64,000 bases of DNA from Macrostomum lignano. Its lineage: Eukaryota. The notes beneath the pieces are model-generated. The model did not search any database, was not told the origin of the DNA, and was given only the letters and a program-made list of their open reading frames with translations. Of this stretch, positions 62,161-64,000 are shown in pieces. Each line of letters begins with the position of its first letter. The stretch's first letter is position 1. The position numbers and the translations under genes were made by a program. The stretch is taken from the NCBI GenBank assembly GCA_002269645.1, contig NIVC01003775.1:1-64000 (forward strand), written 5' to 3'.

Positions 62161-62222
62161 TTGATTCTGGGATTTAAATCATAGGATCTAACAGTTAAAA
62201 ATATGACAGTTACGGGAGTCAC

Positions 62223-62418
62223 CTTAGCCCTAACACTGTGCCTGAAGAACACTGGCAGTTGGGCGACTCTGCCAGGTCCGGCGTGGCTGAGGTAGGCGAA
62301 CCACAGGCAAACCTCTGGCCGGCTGGCCAACTCGTGTCCGAGAGCTTTGTGGGGCGCCGCTCCGGACAGCTGATCGTACAGAGCCAGCAATGGCTGCTGA
62401 ACCAGGCGAGTTGTGAAC
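62223..62418 (-). CDS. MED23: MED23 penultimate coding exon
   Basis: Acceptor ccccatag|G; encodes ..EVCLWFAYLSHAGPGRVAQLPVFFRHSVRAK|gtgact. Phase 0 joins the last exon; resembles MED23 AHAVWHHSSIGQLSLIPKFL. Confidence 0.8.
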
Positions 62419-62499
62419 CTATGGGGTCGGGGCAGAGACAAAGAGAGACAATCTAATGAATGGAATTGTGACAAACTGAGGTACTTTTATACTACTTAC

Positions 62500-62812
62500 A
62501 ATGAACTACTATTCCACCTCACAATGACCTCATTTGACCCTTAATAGTCGTAGGCTACCATTCCACCTCACAATGGCATGACCTTATTTGACCCTAAAGA
62601 GTCGTAGGCTACTACTAATTAACTTCACAATGACCTCAATTAACCCCAAGAGTCGTAGGCTACTTATCTACCTCAAAATGACCTCATTTGACCCCTAAGA
62701 GTCGCAGGCTATACTATTCCATCTTACAATGACCTCATTTGACCCCAATAGTCGAAGGCTACCATTTAATCTCACAATTACCTCATTTGACCCTAAGAGT
62801 CGTAGGCTACTG
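62500..62812. repeat. ~60-bp degenerate repeat (CACAATGACCTCATTTGACCCCTAAGAGTCGTAGGCTAC..), about 5 copies
   Basis: Recurrent gagtcgtaggctac and aatgacctcatttgacc. Confidence 0.85.
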
Positions 62813-62851
62813 TTGATTTTGAAGGCACAGACACTATAACACCAATTTTGA

Positions 62852-64000
62852 TGTAGCCTTTAGCTAACTCGGTAATTTCTTAAGTGCTCCAGTTGAGCAG
62901 CTGTCACTATCACTTTTATTTATTGTGGCCTTAGAACGAGGCACCGCTCATTCAAGTTGTACTGTAATGCTAGTGGCGGTCATGCCATAGATAAAAGTCT
63001 ATATCAAATTAATACATCTAACACTCCTTCCCGATAGTTTCTGCAACTGTCCGAGTTCACTCCAGTTCACGCGCAATCCGGGCTTCCTAAAGTTGAGTAG
63101 TTCAATCTGTCGGGTGCCTTCCGCGTGCGCTGGCAGCGATGACCTCTTTCAGGTTGTCCAGGCTCTTCCGTCGGGTTACTTGTGTTCTGGTCAGCAACAC
63201 CTTGCTGTGACCTCTCCTGAGGCTCGCTAGTTTCAACGGGAATCCTTGGTTTTGTTGCTCCAGATGATATCGGCTGTGTTTTCCGTCTTCCAATTGTACG
63301 CCCACAATTTTCTTACCTTCTCTAGCAACGATTTCACCGGGCTTCCATTTCTCGGTTTCGTTCCTGTAGGTCTTTACCCACACCGGTTCTTTGGCCAAGG
63401 TCAACGTTGCCGTCCGAAGCAGATGTCCTCGCATTAACTCTGCAGGTGCCCTTCTTGTCGTGGAGTGACGGGAGTTCCTGTACTGTAGAAGGAAGCGGTC
63501 GACACTGGTTTGTAGATCGTCTTCGCCTCCTGATGCCGCCACATGGTTCTTCAGGTCTCTCACAAACCTTTCGGCAAGGCCGTTTGATCGTGGGTGGTAC
63601 GGAGGCGTGAGCACGTGTCTGCATCCGTTTCCTTTGAGCCAGCCCTCCATCTCCACTGAAGTGAATTGTGGACCATTGTCAGTAACCAATGTTGCGGGAA
63701 CACCTTCTTGCGAGAACGTTCTTTGGAAACGTCGGATAGTCTCTGCCGATGTGGTTGACTGCGTAACATGTACTTCTGCCCATTTGCTGTAGGCATCGAC
63801 TATTACGAGCAGGTACTTGTTGCCCTTAAACGGTCCAGCGTAGTCTGCGTGCACACGGCACCACTTTTCGCTTTCCTCTGGCCAAGATGCCCATTGGATT
63901 GATGCTCCATGGTCTTGATTTGTCTGGCAAGCGACGCATTGCTTGGTATGCCTAGTGACATCAGCGTCTATTCCTGGCCACCATACGCATTGTCTGGCAA
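62852..64000 (-). mobile_element. 3' end of a Ty3/Gypsy (K02A2.6/Mag-like) LTR retrotransposon in a MED23 intron, truncated by the window edge
   Basis: Integrase followed by PPT GGGAAGGAG (63024-63032) and a putative ~172-bp LTR TGTTAG..CTACA (63023-62852) containing AATAAA. Confidence 0.8.
63067..64000 (-). CDS. Gypsy integrase (partial), with one probable 1-nt frameshift at ~63255
   Basis: VWWPGIDADV..CVAC, RVHADYAGPF, VDAYSKW, LVTDNGPQF, PYHPRSNGLAERFV. The typical RTRKAPDRLNY tail is in a shifted frame. Confidence 0.9.

Overview
Eukaryotic (metazoan) genomic DNA with GT-AG introns and no prokaryotic operons or CRISPR. About 18 kb (roughly 28%, estimated by eye) is tandem repeat. The style (GC-rich exons with poly-Ala/Gln, introns stuffed with minisatellites) resembles a free-living flatworm such as Macrostomum; this is inference only. 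Genes reconstructed by splice-phase matching are: a frameshifted C2H2 zinc-finger gene (-); UBE2V/MMS2 (-, 3 exons, 16-nt first coding exon, 11.7-kb intron 1); purple acid phosphatase ACP7 (-, 2 exons); a C14orf93/DUF4616-like gene (-, 4 exons); TENT5/FAM46 (+, 2 exons); a candidate single-pass membrane protein (-); and the last two exons of MED23 (-). Mobile elements are: a full-length decayed mariner; a full-length Gmr1-type Gypsy with integrase upstream of RT and a SCAN-like gag; a hAT-type MITE with a decayed sibling containing a minisatellite; and the 3' end of a second Gypsy inside a MED23 intron. The most notable signals are the Gmr1/SCAN element, sharply bounded CpG-depleted gene bodies (a probable methylation footprint), dispersed minisatellites sharing core motifs, and evidence that a MITE seeded one array.
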